Positions 61,726 through 64,000 of a stretch of DNA of 64,000 bases are shown here, piece by piece. A program made the translations under genes and the position numbers. The notes beneath the pieces were generated by a model. The model was not told the DNA's origin. It saw only the letters and a program-made list of their open reading frames with translations, and searched no databases. Position 1 is the first letter of the stretch; every line of letters starts with the position of its first letter. The stretch spans positions 896,001-960,000 of the forward strand of contig CP084167.1 in the NCBI GenBank assembly GCA_021513715.1, in the 5' to 3' direction. This stretch comes from Candidatus Heimdallarchaeum endolithica. Its GTDB lineage: Archaea; Asgardarchaeota; Heimdallarchaeia; Heimdallarchaeales; Heimdallarchaeaceae.

Positions 61726-63861
61726 TTATTTGCTCCAAATAAGAGAATAGTTCACTTCATATATAGAAACTGTCTTTAAAGAAAAAACAGTTATTAAAAA
61801 GTTCATTGAATTAAATTTTTGATTTGAGTAAATTGTTCCGTTATTAGCTAGTTTTTCTGCTATATAATTTGGTTTGTCGTCTGAAACAAAAATATGAGTT
61901 ATATTAAATGAGTTTAGAAGTTGAAGGCATTGAGTGTCGTTCTCATTGTTCAAGATGAAATAAAAAAGACTAAAAACTAAATTTTCGGTATAAATTAAAT
62001 CACGTGATGAATAAAAAGGATAACAAATTGTCTTGTTGGATGAATAAACAAAAAGTGGTAAAAATTGTGCATATTGATCATTTAATATTACCATACTTCC
62101 ATTGTAATTTTTAATCCAATTGTAAGCTATCAAAGTTTCTTCATTATAGCTAATTGTAGTTCTTGAAACGATAATATACATGTTTACAGCAAAAGACATT
62201 ACTATAATAAGAATAATTGTTAAAATCTTAAGCTTATATATAATATAAGATTTCTTTATTTTCTTTAGAAATTTCTTTAACTTAATATTTTTGTTTTGCT
62301 TCATTGTTATTTCGCTAAATTTTTTTATTTCATTAAAGTTGATAATCTTTTTATTAATAAAGTATCCAGAAAGAATAGGAACAATGATACAATTTAATAT
62401 TACATATGATCGTTCTATCCTAAATAAATAAGCAGAAAGAGGAAAACGAATGAAATTTCCTGCAAAAATTTGAATCTGGAACAAAGTTAATATAAGTAAA
62501 CTAAATAAAAATAATAGATTAACTTCTACTAAATATTGTTGTAAATTCAAATTTTTATCTAAAAAATGACAAAATAGAAAAAACAAAGCAAAAATAAAAG
62601 GAAAATAAAAGAAAGAGAAATAATACTGAAATAAATTAAAAACTTTAGAACTTGTTGAAAATAAACCTGATTGCCCAGTTTGTCCTCTTCTAATATAATT
62701 CCATAGAGTTTGAGTCCATGACGATGGTGAGTACAGAAAATCATAAATGCCTAAATATCCTTTCTTTGAAAGAATAACATAGAGATGAAACTTTAAATTA
62801 TAAATAGCAGTCTCAAGATATATAAATCCAAAAATGAGAACAATCATACTCCAGTAGTATTTTTTTTCTTTTAATGAGAATAGTCTATAGAAACTTAAGA
62901 TAAATACTCCTTGTAACAAAAAACCAAAGGAGTTGAAATGAGATAAGAGTAAAACAAATGATGTAACCAAAAATAAAAAATGATTCTTTTTAATTGGATT
63001 AGCATTAATTTCAAAAAGAATTGAAATAGAAAATATTAATATAATAAGAGAAAAAATAAAAGGAAATCCACCCCATTTTGGCAAATTAGAAAAATGAAAA
63101 GTTAAAAATAACAAAGAAATATTTATTTCTATCATTGCTTCTTCAAAATAAATTTTGTATAATAATTGAGTAAAAATAAATAAAATAAAAAATGTAAATC
63201 GTAAGAAATTATTAAAAAAAATCCCCATATTCAGATTAAAAATAGTGAAAAAAGAATAAAACCAAAGTAGAAAACAATAAGACAATGGTGGATAATAAAG
63301 TTTTTCTTTTAAATAAAAACCGTAGGAAATAACTTCAGTCCAACTTGGAAATAACGCTTTTTGGTCAAACATTAATAAAGCTTGAATTGCATGACCTTTA
63401 GGATCATCAGCATTAGGTAGGTATAAAACCATACCAGGTAAAGAAGAAAGCAAAAAAAAAGAAATGATAAAAAGTAATTTGTAGAATTTATTTTGATTAA
63501 CAAAATCTTTAATAAATTTGATAAAGAAAACATAGTGTTTCCTCATGATTTCTTTATTTGTTTTCAGTATGTGAATTCCTACCAAATATACACCAACAAG
63601 ATATACAAAGATGGAAACGAATGGTAAGTGAAATATTAAGCAAAAAAAAATAATAAGAGTAGCATTTAGAATTCCTATTCCAAAGCTGTAAAAAATAATT
63701 TGAACAAACTGAAGTTTTCTTTTGGATTCAATTTTTAATACGAGAAAAATTATATACCCTGGAACACAAATTGTAAAAAAACAAATTAATAAAAGCGAAA
63801 TTTTCACTGCAATATTTACGATAATAATCCATAAGTTTGTATATGAATTCGCTAGTAGCAC
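61726..63861 (-). CDS. GT-C-like multi-pass membrane protein (paralog of 55304-57424)
   Basis: Shares LPNADDPKGHAIQ, YIRRGQTG, FIRFPL..YLFRIER, WIKNYNGSMVILND, NKTICYPFYSS. Confidence 0.6.
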   Translation of the reverse strand: MLLANSYTNLWIIIVNIAVKISLLLICFFTICVPGYIIFLVLKIESKRKLQFVQIIFYSFGIGILNATLIIFFCLIFHLPFVSIFVYLVGVYLVGIHILKTNKEIMRKHYVFFIKFIKDFVNQNKFYKLLFIISFFLLSSLPGMVLYLPNADDPKGHAIQALLMFDQKALFPSWTEVISYGFYLKEKLYYPPLSYCFLLWFYSFFTIFNLNMGIFFNNFLRFTFFILFIFTQLLYKIYFEEAMIEINISLLFLTFHFSNLPKWGGFPFIFSLIILIFSISILFEINANPIKKNHFLFLVTSFVLLLSHFNSFGFLLQGVFILSFYRLFSLKEKKYYWSMIVLIFGFIYLETAIYNLKFHLYVILSKKGYLGIYDFLYSPSSWTQTLWNYIRRGQTGQSGLFSTSSKVFNLFQYYFSFFYFPFIFALFFLFCHFLDKNLNLQQYLVEVNLLFLFSLLILTLFQIQIFAGNFIRFPLSAYLFRIERSYVILNCIIVPILSGYFINKKIINFNEIKKFSEITMKQNKNIKLKKFLKKIKKSYIIYKLKILTIILIIVMSFAVNMYIIVSRTTISYNEETLIAYNWIKNYNGSMVILNDQYAQFLPLFVYSSNKTICYPFYSSRDLIYTENLVFSLFYFILNNENDTQCLQLLNSFNITHIFVSDDKPNYIAEKLANNGTIYSNQKFNSMNFLITVFSLKTVSIYEVNYSLIWSK

Positions 63862-64000
63862 AAATTCCTCTTCATTCTATGTTTATAAATTTTTCTTGCC
63901 ATTTTAATACAAATCATATTATAATGCAAAATTACCTGTAAACAAGTTGTCATGCTTTATATATTTGATGTCTTGTAGATATCTTTATCAAAATTCAATA

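Noticed and set aside
1-64000. Genome-wide TAG reassignment; tRNA/rRNA genes
   Set aside because: Several full-length genes end in TAG (e.g. 22723, 39425); no cloverleaf or rRNA-like GC-rich tract was seen

Overview
AT-rich archaeal chromosomal segment, most likely from an Asgard archaeon (Heimdallarchaeia-like). This is inferred from two Ras-superfamily small GTPases, CDP-archaeol synthase, TPR proteins, TATA-box/leaderless starts and T-rich terminators. No rRNA, tRNA or cas genes were seen. Contents in order: (1) a 5'-truncated DpdA-type guanine transglycosylase, with a DUF6884/YaaA-like gene nearby. (2) A tandem metallophosphoesterase / divergent RtcB-like / GDPD run. (3) Housekeeping and transport genes, including two split reading frames: one at a G-GGA-AAA slippery heptamer and one at a single in-frame TAG. 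(4) An IS200/IS605 element (tnpA+tnpB, 27870-29976) that interrupts a MazG-like gene; its own tnpA is interrupted at codons 2-3 by a ~376-bp ORF-less, hairpin-rich insert. (5) A 110-bp MITE upstream of carS, within a putative lipid-biosynthesis cluster. (6) A visibly AT-richer surface-glycosylation island (46.7-64 kb) with paralogous GT-C-like proteins and a 36-bp direct repeat. All family assignments come from motif recognition by eye; no searches were run.
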